Shown one piece after another: positions 38,592 to 49,848 of a stretch of DNA of 49,848 nucleotides. The notes beneath the pieces were generated by a model. It ran no database searches, was not told the origin of the DNA, and saw only the letters and a list, made by a program, of their open reading frames with translations. Origin of the DNA: Octopus sinensis (lineage: Eukaryota); contig NW_021834268.1 of the NCBI RefSeq assembly GCF_006345805.1, positions 1 through 49,848 of the forward strand. Direction: 5' to 3'. The position numbers and the translations under genes were made by a program. Numbering within the stretch: the first letter of the stretch is position 1; each line of letters begins with the position of its first letter.

Positions 38592-39198
38592 GTATACATA
38601 TTTATATACAATATATATATAAACAAATGCATATATATATGCATACAGACATACGAGCACATATATATAGGTATATATATGTGTGTGTGTGGGTGCGTAT
38701 ATGTATGCATACATATAATATACATATATATATATATGTTTATGTTCGAATGTGTGTGCATCTCTCAGCTTCTATGTGTGTCTGTACGTCTGTGTGCATG
38801 TGTGCATGTATATATATATATATAATGTGTGTGTGTGTGGAATGAGATGGAAGCTGGAGTGTGGTGTATATTTTTTCGTTAACAAAACAGCTGTTATGGT
38901 ATTTTATTACTGAAAAGTTATTTCAAAAACAAAATGCAAATAATACTTGCTGCCAACAGTACATAAACATGTGCATTCAATATATGCACATTACGCACCA
39001 CAGATGTACCTATCACCCGCCAGTCTCTCTACTCCTCCAAATATCTCTCTCCCTCCGTCTCACACTCTCTATATCTACCTATCTATTATTTCTCTATTTA
39101 CCTGAATACTTCTCTACCTCTGTCTATCTATCTATCTGTCTATCTATCTATCTATCTATCTATCTACCTACCTACCTATCTATCTATCTATCTATCTG

Positions 39199-39275
<77 letters not shown>

Positions 39276-39345
39276 ACACATATACATACATATATATGTT
39301 TATGTTTGTGTGCGTGTGCGTGTGTGTGTGTATGTGTGTGTGCAT
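37870..39345. repeat. (GTA)/(GTG)/(CAT), (TC)n, (TA)n and (TCTA)n microsatellite blocks
   Basis: Directly visible. Confidence 0.9.
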
Positions 39346-39535
39346 ATGAAAGGGTGCTGGAAAGTTCCTGGCTTTAAGGTTATCACGAAAGGCCTGGTTG
39401 GAGAACGAATATTCCGCGTTCCTTTACATGGCTTAGAAAAACTAAGAAACCACTGCAATATGTGTGTGAATCTGATAGGGGAATATGTGGAATAAAATCA
39501 CAATTAACTGGCCCTTGTGTATGTTTTTATTACCC
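39345..39535 (+). mobile_element. Mariner relic (TIR plus C-terminal coding remnant)
   Basis: tatgaaagggtgctggaaagttcctggc TIR-like start; GLEKLRNHCNMCVNLIGEYVE* resembles a mariner C-terminus. Confidence 0.65.
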
Positions 39536-39559
39536 AAATCCACAAAATTTAATATAGTT

Positions 39560-39718
39560 GCAAGTGTGGCTGTGTGATAATAAACTTGCTTCCCAACCAC
39601 ATGGCTCCGGTTTCAGTCCCACTGTGTGACACCTTGGGTAACTCTCTTCCGCTATGGCTTCGGGCCGACCAAAGCCTTGTGAATGGATTTGGTAGACGGA
39701 AACTAAAAGAAGCCCATC

Positions 39719-39761
<43 letters not shown>

Positions 39762-39962
39762 TGTGGCTTTGTTTGTCCCCCCGCCCGCCTTCGCTTGTCA
39801 ACCTATGTTGATGTTTTTATGTGCCAGTAACTTAGCGGTTCGACAAAAGTAAACCGATAGTATAAGTACTAGGCTTACATAGTATAAGTCCAGGGGTCGA
39901 TTTGCTCGACTAAAGGTCATGCTCCAGCATGGCAGCAGTTAAATGGCTGAAAAAAGTAAAAG
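39560..39962 (+). mobile_element. SINE family C
   Basis: gtgtggctgtgtg..ggtttcagtcccactg..ggatttggtagacggaaact..gctccagcatggcagcag. Confidence 0.85.
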
Positions 39963-39998
39963 AGTATATATGGTTATATACCTATATACATTATATCA

Positions 39999-40330
39999 TT
40001 TACTTTCTCAGTCATTAGACTGCCGCCATGCTGGAGCACCACCTTGGAGAGATTTAAGTCGAAGGAATCGACCTCAGTACTTTGTTAAAGCCTGACAGTT
40101 TCCCTACCGATGCTTTGTCTGAACCGCTAAGTTACAAGGACCAAAAGCAACCAGCACCGGCTGTCAAGTGGTGTGCGGTTGCACAAACAGTAACACACAC
40201 AGTCACATAATTATATACATACACATAGAGAGACAAACAAATAGAGAGATAGACAAATAGACGGTGGAATTCTTCTAGTTTCCGTCTGGCAAATCCATTC
40301 TCAAGGCGCATATGATTCTGAAGATACTTC
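39999..40330 (-). mobile_element. SINE family C (headless), tail-to-tail with the previous copy
   Basis: tttactttctcagtcattagactgccgccatgctggagcacc..tttccgtctggcaaatccattctcaagg. Confidence 0.8.
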
Positions 40331-40638
40331 TTACCACTCACCTACAGCTGCGACTATGTACGTCCATGGTTTTCTCGATGTGCATTAAACTATGTCTATG
40401 GAAGTACAGAAGGCAGGATTATTTTTTGCATATATCCGTAGAAATATATGAAATATAAACTCACGTCTATAATAACGTGTGTATAATATGCAAATAAGTT
40501 ACTTGTATATACAATTAAAGTGGGTATCTCTTTAATCTGACTGCATGTATATATATATAATATATTATATATCTATATATATATATTATATATATATATA
40601 TATATAATATATGTATGTATATAAGTATTATGTATGTA

Positions 40639-40674
<36 letters not shown>

Positions 40675-40887
40675 ACAATGGACGGACGCTAGTCATCGGC
40701 TCCAAGTAAGTTGGCCACTTTTACATGTTTAAAACTCCTTGTTGTCAAATTTTGTTTTAATCGTTGTGCAAATTCATTCACTAAAAAACCTGAGAATTAT
40801 TCACGTAGAATTCCGCCCCTGTATGGGCGAAATTACAAAAAACTTTCAAAACTTTCGTGGGTTTTTTAGCCATTTTTCATTTTGAAA

Positions 40888-42893
40888 ATGGCAACTAGAA
40901 ACCACGTGGCTAGCCCGCCAGTCATGCAGAACGGTAGCAAAACACTATTGCTACCACTAGCTGCTAAACATCGCAGCGTGAACACCGCTGTCACCACCAT
41001 CACACCACCACCAACAACAACAACAAATCTAACGTCGCATTCACCATCGCCGCGACCAAAGACATTAACTTAGATTTCCCCCACTCCCCACACCACTTGT
41101 TGATGATAAAGGGACAGAGAAAGGGATTTCAAAAATGAATACAAACGAAAACATGAATGCCAGCACCACCACCATCACCACCAACAACAACAACAACGAA
41201 ATTGGCACAAAGCCGCCTACCAAAGACAACACCGCCAACAACAACACCAACCCCTACTACGACGTCAAATGCTACATCCAAGCCTTCTGCTGCTAATACC
41301 GCCAACACCAACCACCACTACCATGACTTCAATTAACACTGCCACAATTAACACTTCTACTGCCAAATTCAAAACGAATTTTGCGGACGTAACAAAACAA
41401 AAGAACAATTGTAACATTCACCACACAAGAGATAAACCGCACAAAGGCACTCTTCTCCAAAGAAGGAGACAAATTGCACCTTCATATTCCACAACACATC
41501 GTGGAAAACACGCAAAAAAAAAAACATAATTTATAAAGTAATAAACAAAAAACAAGAAGAACAGAAAATGCACCGCAGGAAAAAATCGATAAATGCCTTC
41601 GTCCTGTATGGGACTCCAAGGAATATATCAGTTGGGGAAACAAATTTGGTACAGTCCAAGTACGTTTCCTCAACGAAAGTTTAGCAAAACGTTTTTCCAC
41701 ATTGGAGCTACATTCGGACGACTTGGTAATGATACCAGTCTATTTAAAACAAAGGGTCACGAAAGTCCAAATAAAAAACATACCATTTGATGTCGAAACA
41801 CAATGGGTGGTCTCTGCCATCTGCTTTGAAATGTCAGAGACAATGTCAGAGACAAACATCCTGGAAATCGCGGTTCTAGGAGAGAAAGACTATGTGGGCA
41901 AATCAATCGAATTCCTGCTTCAATTGGATGAAGCAGCAAGAGAGAAGATACCCACCGCTATAGAACTGCCAGGAGGCTACAAACTCTATATAGTGGTAGA
42001 GGGCAGGCGACCACGCTGCTATTTGTGTGGAAGCGAAACACACTTGAAAAAGACGTGCCCAACCACTGCACACCAAGAGCAACAACAACAACCACTACCA
42101 CAACCAAAGCACTCCGGAAAAAAACTCTACTACCCACACCACCATCAACACAGAAGACGACAAGAGAAGCACACCAAGCTAATCCGTCATCAACCAAAAA
42201 CCACTCGACACCTGGAAAAATACCAACACTACCATCAACAGCAAAACCCAAAGGAACAGAAAAACAAAGAAACACACACAAACTGATCCCCCATCCCTTA
42301 TACCGCACTCAACACACACAAACACTCAACAACCAACAACAACGAAAACAACAACACAACCACTTACACAGACATACATAGAAGCCCACAACATACCCCT
42401 ACCCCCTTCTGATTCCTCAGAAATTTCGTCGGAAGACGAAACCAGTGAGGAATGGCAAATAGCTACAAAAAGAAGGAAAATAAAGAGCAGAAACACAACC
42501 AAACCAAATGCAAACACGAACAAAGCAGGGGAAAATACATCTCCCGAAGACATTTCAAAACCCAACGCAAACAACAGCCACACCAACACCACAAAAACAT
42601 ATACAGCAAACATGCTCACAGCCATAGACACCAAAAACACAAATTTGATGGAATACATCCAATCAAAAACAAACATAACAGAAGATGACATAAAAACAAA
42701 CAACCACCCATACACAACACCACCAGACCACATCAAAATAATACACATCTCCAAAAGTCTGCACCACACACTCAAAGGCATTTTCCCCAGTGCGGTTGGT
42801 AAATGCCAAAATATCTCACAAAGAAACTGTACTGGGATCTTCTCGAGGACAAACCAACGGAGGAGAAAGCAAAAACTTTCGAGCAGTAAGTAA
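40888..42893 (+). pseudogene. LINE ORF1 (gag-like CCHC knuckle, Thr/Asn/Lys-rich low-complexity flanks), frameshifted as assembled
   Basis: ATG 40888; central frame 41537-42286 contains RRPRCYLCGSETHLKKTC (CX2CX4HX4C); stop at 42893. The start codon and 5' frame are inferred. Confidence 0.75.
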
Positions 42894-42920
42894 CCCTCTG
42901 TATTCTAATTCATTAGAACT

Positions 42921-45900
42921 ATGATCAAGATTGGTTGTGTAAATGCGCGTGGCTTGGGGTCCCCTTGGAAACAAGGGTACCTCTTAAATGACATAAAGTC
43001 ACATAAGTTAGAAATCATAGCCATAAGCGAGACCAGACTCCACAATCCGCGGGCCCTAAAGACCATGTTTGGCGGACAGTTCAACATTTATTTTTTCCCC
43101 CTGTCTGCCGAGAATGGGCGGTAGTGGCACCGCGGTACTTTTTCACAAGAGTCTGGATCTCAATGTAAGGACAATATTCGTAGACCCGGAGGGTAGACTG
43201 GTCGTCCTGGATGTCGACGGCAGCAATGGGTGCGCTTTTCGGCTCGTATCAGTTTACGCACCGCCCTTAACAGGTCGGGCGGATTTCTTTCAACGTCTAG
43301 AAGTTTTCTTGGGAACGTCTCGTCCTTTACTCTTAGTGGGGGATTGGAATGCTACCTTGGACACGCATGTAGACTACGTGGGTAGAGATAGGAATAGACG
43401 GGGATGCAAATGCCTCAGAGACCTGCTCAGACGCTTTCAACTGTCTGACAGGTTTCGACTAGACCACCCGAATGCGCCAACGTGGACATGGAGCAACCGC
43501 ATCGGGTCGTCGAGATCGTATCTAGATAGGATACTGTGTAGGACAGTAGATAGAGATAGCATAGGATGTCCACAATTCCACATAGTCAGCTACACGGATC
43601 ACAAACTTGTGACATGTACGCTAGACTTAGGTAAGACACTTAGGCAGGGTCCCGGATACTGGAAACTAAACGCGTCTTCCCATCGAGACAAGTTTTCAGA
43701 GACCGGATTAGCACACTAGTAAAGAGGGCTTTGACGGGAGCCATCATCAACAACAAATGGTGGTTTGCCCTCAAGAGAGCAGTAAAAGCAGAAGCGATTA
43801 GGTACACAGCAAAGCACTAGCCATAGATAGAAATAGAGTAGAGGGTGAGCTAGTTAAGAAGCTAGAAGAGCAATTAGAAGCGGCATCGCATCCGACGTTT
43901 TGGCGGCGAGGTTGGCCCTCGACCAACACTTCAACGCCAAACACGAAGGATGTGCTGTCAGAGCTAGGATGCGTGCTCTAAGGAACGAAGGTGTTGGAGC
44001 CGCGAGAGAGGCCCGGGTGGCAGAGGCGCAACAGGGCAACAAAGCCACCATTCGGTCACTGGTAGATGAACAGGGGCGCGAATTGCTCGAGCCAAGTAAA
44101 ATGTGTGAGGCCTTTCAGCAGCATTTTGCCCGACTGTTCGGAACGAGTGGAGGGCAAGAACGTAGGGTGGACTTCAGTGCCTACCTACATAGCCTACCAC
44201 GACTCTCGACAAGAAAGGCAGGGTGCTGCGAAGGTGCCATCACGGCGGCGGAAGTGCGGGAAGCGATGGCAGAATGCTCGAGGGACAAATCACCGGTTTT
44301 GGATGGTCTACCCTACGAGCTTTACAATTGTATGCCAGACTTGTTTGGAGATCTCTTGGCGGCGGTGTACTGCAACTGGCAGCAAAACGGGAGCATTCCT
44401 GGTTTTGTGAGCCGAGGAGCCGTAACACTGCTGAAGAAAGATCTAAACAAGGGAAATGTAATAGATAACTTTAGGCCCATCACTCTGCTTAATGCAGACT
44501 TGAAAATTTTGGCCAAGGTGCTAGCCAAGAGGTTGGCGCTTGTCATCGAGAAACTGGTCGACAAGGCGCAAACATGCGCCGTGCCAGGCCGGACCATCCA
44601 TGACAACCTCCATCTGATGCGCTACATCATAGACAGGGTAGTTAACGAACCTGGCATGGGTGGGGCCCTGATCAACTTGGATCAATCAAAAGCCTTTGAT
44701 AGGGTAGACCATCGATACTTGGAGGCAGTCCTGAGAGCGGCTGGTTTCGGTCCCGTCTTCCGCGGCTGGATAGCTGCCTTGTACAGAGGCATCCGTTCGG
44801 TAATTCGCGTAAATGGACATCTATCGAGACCTTTCGACATTGCACGTTCGGTCCGTCAGGGATGCCCCCTCTCGGCGCTTCTATACGTATTGACTCTTGA
44901 GCCACTACTGCGGAAGCTGGCGACTCTAAGGGGCATCCCGCGAGAATTGGGATGCGGGACGAGCGTGTCTGCATACGCGGACGACGTCACCGTCATAGTG
45001 TCTAGCCACGAGCACATCGAGCTGGTCGGCGAGACACTGAAAAACTACGAAGCGGTGACAGGAGCGAAAATCAACCGGGAAAAGTCAGTGGGCTTGCGAC
45101 TAGGCACCTGGAGAAGCAAGCCCATGCCGTCCACCAGCGCCTCCGTCGTGGGACGCTGGACCGACGGCCCGGTTGAGTTGCTCGGGGTCTGGTTTGGTCC
45201 GGACCTCCAAGTGGAGAAGAACTGGAACGAGATAACGAGTAGGGTGGTCACTCTCGCCCGGCAATGGGCCGAGAGGAAACTGTCCCTAAAAGGTCGAGCG
45301 GAGGTGGCGAACACGTACATCGCGTCCGTCATCTACTACCGCCTGACCGTCGTACCTTGTCCCGACCCTACCATCACCAAACTACAACGCATCCTCTTTC
45401 GCTTCTTGTGGAAAGGATGCGTCCCGATGGTCAGGCGATCCATTTGCTGTCAACACCCGTTAAAAGGAGGGCTGGGCATGCCGTGGTTGATGATGCGCAG
45501 ACACGCGCTGAGACTGCGACATCTCTGGCTCTATGTAGACGACGGTGAACAGGTGTGGTCGCCGTTTGTGAGGCACGCTTTCCCCCGCAGCTCGTCTCCA
45601 TGACCGAACTGCAGTCGTGGATCAAAAAGAGGCCGAGGAAGGGCGAATGGCACCGCGAGTGTCGCGTTGCTCTCAAGCAACTCTGCCGTCCTGGGTCGAC
45701 CTTAAGTGACTTCAACACAACCAAAGCATTCTATAGGGGTTTAGTGGAGGGGAGGTACGACGACGAGCTCGGGGCGAACCTGGACGTCGACGAGGAGTAC
45801 CTGACCCGCCTGTTCGGGACGACTTTCGGGCCAGGGCCCATGGACAACTTCCAGAGATCCCTGGCCTGGCAGTGCTACCGAGAAGCGCTACCCGTTCGGG

Positions 45901-46360
45901 ATAAGCTCTACAGACACGGCTCGAGAAACACGGGGCCGACCTGCCCGAGATGCGGTCAGAGCGACGAAACCGTTCTGCACGCACTCGTTCAGTGTCCAAC
46001 AATTTCCGACCTGTGGGCTTATGTCGAACAACTGCTGTCACGTGTGGGACGAGTCGGTTTATCAGCTGAGTCTATCGTCAATATTGTCACGCCTCCTTCC
46101 TTCAAACGGGAAGGAAGAGCTATTTTCATCATCCTTGTGGCTATGGCGAAAGAATGTATCTGGTGGACGCGTCTGAAAGGATTGGAGACAAACACTTTCC
46201 TCTCTGGTCAATCTCTCATCAACTTCTTCAAGTACCACTTGAAAGGAAAGTGAGAGTAGAGAGGCAAGTTTTGTCTAGCGAATGTTTTAAAAAAAGATGG
46301 GTGAATGTAGCAAGAATGGCACGTATGAATGACGAAGCCACCTTGAGCATAGTCCTATGA
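42921..46360 (+). pseudogene. LINE ORF2: APE endonuclease, reverse transcriptase and C-terminal Cys/His motif; six frameshifts as assembled
   Basis: GCVNARGL, ISETRL, VYAP, GDWNA, SYLDRI, TDHKLV (APE); NFRPITLLNADLKILAK, DQSKAFDRV, RQGCPLS, YADDV (RT); CPRCGQSDETVLHALVQC. Confidence 0.95.
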
Positions 46361-47064
46361 ACCCAGAAATCGAAAACAGAGAGTTGCTTATTTGCAAAAA
46401 AAAAAAAAAAAAAAAAAGAAATATAAAATGTGACTTCATTGACCGAGGTTACCGTGGTCTTTTCCGCAGGCTTTTCTTTCCACGGGTAAACCTCACCTGT
46501 CCTCCCCTTTACACTTCATATTGACATTTCTGTGATAACGATCCTATTGATCATTTTTTTTTTCCTCTCCCCCCCTTTTTTTTTTTTTTTTTTTTAACCC
46601 CCCCCTTATTTTTGTCCTCTTTCTCCCTTTACGATCCCTTTTGATCGAACCTCCCCCTTCCTTTTTTTTTTTTTTTTTTTTTTTAATACCTTCAAAAGAA
46701 AAGCTCTACCTTGTAATTTGTTCTATCTGTGTGCAGCCCTGTGTGGCTAATAAAGAAACATATCTATCTATCTATCTATTTTATCTATCTATCCTATCTA
46801 TCTTATATATATATATATCTTTATATATACACATACAGAGAAACAGAGAGAGAGGGGGGAATATACGTATGGATAGTTATGCATAATTAGAAACATATAT
46901 GGCGGCAATCTCTGCACATACATACACACAGTTTTCTGAATGTTCGGATGTCGGATGTGTATATAACTATGTGTGTATATGTATGTATATATATATTGGT
47001 ATACACATACACACATATATGATAATGTATGTGTGTGTATGTAGTGTATATATATATATATATA

Positions 47065-47253
47065 TAGACGCAGAGGTGGGTGTGTGGTAAGGAGCTTGCT
47101 TCCCAACGACATTGTTCCGGGTTCAGTTACATTGCGTGGCACCTTGGGCAAGTGTCTTCTACTGTAGCTTCAAGTCGACCCAAGCCTTGTGAATGGATTT
47201 GGTAGATGGAAATTGAATGAAGCACGTCTAATATATATATATATATATTATAT

Positions 47254-47292
<39 letters not shown>

Positions 47293-47500
47293 TATATGTA
47301 TATATGGTTGTATTTTTGCTTTCCTCTCCACCATCGCTTGACAATCAATGTGGTGTGTTTACGGTCCCCGTAACTTAGGTGTTCGGCCACAGAGAGCTTT
47401 AGAATAAGTACTAGGCTTACAAAAGGTAAATCCTGAGTTCGATTTGTCCTCCTAAATGCGGTGCTCCAGCCTGGCCGCAGTCAATGACTGAAATACGTAG
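47065..47500 (+). mobile_element. SINE family C
   Basis: gacgcagaggtgggtgtgtggtaag..gggttcagtt..ggtgctccagcctggccgcagtcaatgactgaaa. Confidence 0.85.
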
Positions 47501-47516
47501 TATATATATATATATG

Positions 47517-47852
47517 GTGACCCCCTTCGGTCAGACACTGACCATGGGTTTGCACCTAGAGTTACCCTCTGATGCACAAGTCTGGGCAAGGTTGTTGTTT
47601 ATGGAAGACCAGCAGTCGCCCATGCATACCGGCCTCCCCTCTCCACGCCACCAGTGTTATCCAAGGGAAAGACAAAGGTCGATACAGCTTGGCACCTGTG
47701 ACGTCGCACTCATTTCTACAGCTGAGTGAACTGAGCAACGTGAGATAAAGTGTCTTGTCTTGCTCAGAACACAACACCAGCCCGGTCCGGGATTCGAGCT
47801 CACAACCTCACGATCGTAAGCTCGATGCTCTAACCACTGAGCCACGCGCCTT

Positions 47853-47853
<1 letters not shown>
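47517..47853 (-). mobile_element. SINE family B (long tail)
   Basis: Minus head tgaaggcgcgtggctcagtggttagagc..gagctcgaatcc; homologous to 12990-13301. Confidence 0.88.
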
Positions 47854-47854
<1 letters not shown>

Positions 47855-47890
<36 letters not shown>

Positions 47891-48735
47891 CATACACATA
47901 TACACATACGCGCGCACACAAACACACACACACACACACACATATTTATATATATATGCATATGTATACACATAGATGTAAAGATATATAGATTGTATAG
48001 ACATATGCATGTATGTTTGGGCGTGTGTGTATAACTATGGATGCATGCATATCTCTTTATATATGTGTGCTTGTGTGCGAATATGTGTGTATATATATGT
48101 ATATATACATACATATATACTTATATGTAATTATGCATGTACGTATGCATGTATATATGTCTGTATGTCGATATATGTACGGATATACATAAATATACAT
48201 ACACATGAAAGAACTACAGAAAGAGAGAACAGAGTGGTATATAAGGATATTAGTTTACGTTGGTGCATAATATATACAGGAACGGAAGTACAACTACATG
48301 TGAGTGAGTGTTGAGCCCTGCGCCTCGGGGAAGACAGGCGCCTCTATATTAAAACCCAAACCTCCAGACACACCTCCTGGGATTCATCAAAAGCGTCCCT
48401 AACAAGCGGAAAATGTTAACGGTGAACCAGTTTAAGTCTTACTAAAAAAAAGTAAATACTTTGATTAAAGACAGTGGTGGTGAAAGCAGTACAGACGGGG
48501 TGTAAGTGGGTGGGAGAGAGAGGAATGCGTAGGAAAGAAATGGTAAAGGTGGGAGAGAGAGAGAGAGTGAGAGAGAGAGAGAGGAGACTGTTAGAGAGAA
48601 ATAGAGAAAGCGCGGTGGGGGAGGGAGACAGCTGTAGAATTATTGTATTCCTCTGAGAATGAGGAAAACATTAGCATGGTGAAGGTGAGCGAATGCGCCC
48701 GTACACTTATATATAGATATATATATATACGTATG

Positions 48736-48766
<31 letters not shown>

Positions 48767-48804
48767 TTGTGTGAGTCTGTGTATGTATGCATATGTATAT
48801 ATAT

Positions 48805-48836
<32 letters not shown>

Positions 48837-48998
48837 GTGTATATTGTGTATATGTATATATATATTGATATATGCATACACATATGCGTATGTATGTATG
48901 TGTCTATATATATATACACATTCGTATTTAGACTTACATATATACATGTGGTAGAGGAGAGAGCAAAGGGGAGGAAAAGGAGGTGGGAAAAAGTAGGC

Positions 48999-49030
<32 letters not shown>

Positions 49031-49310
49031 TAGAAAGAACGAGAGAAAGAGAGAGTAGAGGAGGAGAATTGCTAAAACAAGAGGCGGGGGAGCGTGAATA
49101 AAAAAAAAGATGGGAGGGAGAGTAAATAAACTAAAAAACAGACTTGGCGTTAAGAGAAAATGAACTTATAAATGTCTAAATTTCTAAATTATTAGAAATT
49201 TTTATGCGCACACATGAGCACGGCTCTATACACACATGTATGTATATGTATATAAATATATATGTATGTATAAGTACACACACACACATATACACGTGTG
49301 TGTCTGTGTA
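47855..49310. repeat. (TA)/(CA)/(TG)/(GA)n microsatellite blocks
   Basis: Directly visible. Confidence 0.9.
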
Positions 49311-49539
49311 TATGTTCTATGATGGTGAACTTACCACCCTGGGTAATATCAGGAAAGATGGCGTACTTACAATAATTTTATTCTTTGGCTTTCATCAAAT
49401 TTCTTGGTTCTTGTTTAATGTGATGAAACCCGAACTAATTTTCAGGGGGGAAAAAAAAATGTTTATTTCCTTAAAATATAAAAAAAAATTCAAGTAAACT
49501 AATTTTTCATTTATGTAACTATTCCAAGAACTACTCTGA

Positions 49540-49848
49540 ATACGCGTGTTTAGGCTATTCGGTTTCCAATCGTAAGGCTACGAGATCGATACCCCGCGGC
49601 GACGTGTTGTGTCCTTGAGCATGACACTTTATTTCACGTTGCTTCAATCTTGTCTTCTGGTATAAATGTGTGGTAGTAGCATTTCAAAGGGTCCAGCCTT
49701 GTCACACTCTGTGTCACGCAGAATCTACCCGATTAAGGGTACAACGTGTCTGTGGAGTGCTAAATCAGCCACTTGCACGTTAATTTCACGAGCGGACTGT
49801 TTCGTTGATCGGATCAGCTTGATCCCTCATCGTCGCAACCGACGGAGG
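49540..49848 (+). mobile_element. SINE family B, degraded, runs off the window end
   Basis: caatcgtaaggctacgagatcgatacc..gtgtccttgagcatgacactttatttcacgttgc. Confidence 0.7.

Larger units (their letters stand above)
40675..46760 (+). mobile_element. Apparently full-length Tx1/L1-clade non-LTR retrotransposon (~6.1 kb) in a (TATC)n array
   Basis: 5' UTR, ORF1, ORF2, and a 3' UTR with AATAAA at 46749. (TATC)n at ~40639-40674 and 46761-46776. Confidence 0.92.

Noticed and set aside
48657-48690. 27-nt plus-strand exon candidate (NEENISMVK|gtgagc)
   Set aside because: Weak acceptor, no homology, and no other plus-strand exons to connect it to.
8940-49848. tRNA-like A/B boxes at SINE heads as possible tRNA genes
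   Set aside because: No complete cloverleaf, and each continues into a SINE body.

Overview
This is an AT-rich animal window saturated with microsatellites and transposable elements. The repeat types and simple-repeat density suggest an octopus-like cephalopod (inference, not verified). I recognise no host protein-coding exon, rRNA or tRNA gene, and most ORFs in the track are read-throughs of microsatellites. The main feature is an apparently full-length, ~6.1 kb Tx1/L1-clade LINE (40675-46760). It has an ORF1 with a CCHC knuckle and an ORF2 with APE, RT and a C-terminal Cys/His motif, and it sits inside a (TATC)n array. Other elements are an RTE LINE, an R4/Dong-like LINE, degraded L2/CR1-like and Penelope-like remnants, several mariner relics, a Tc1/mariner MITE, a hAT (Buster-like) transposase relic, a non-autonomous Helitron and about 17 tRNA-derived SINE copies from three families. 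Best leads: (1) one SINE family's 3' tail matches the Tx1 3' end at 28/35 nt ungapped, suggesting a SINE/Tx1 partnership, and this SINE also forms a precise head-less concatemer; (2) the Tx1 may be (TATC)n-targeting and possibly intact; (3) minimal hammerhead ribozyme motifs occur, one near-intact; (4) there is a divergent pair of CTCF-like motifs, a 101-nt hairpin and a ~99%-identical inverted duplication 11 kb apart.
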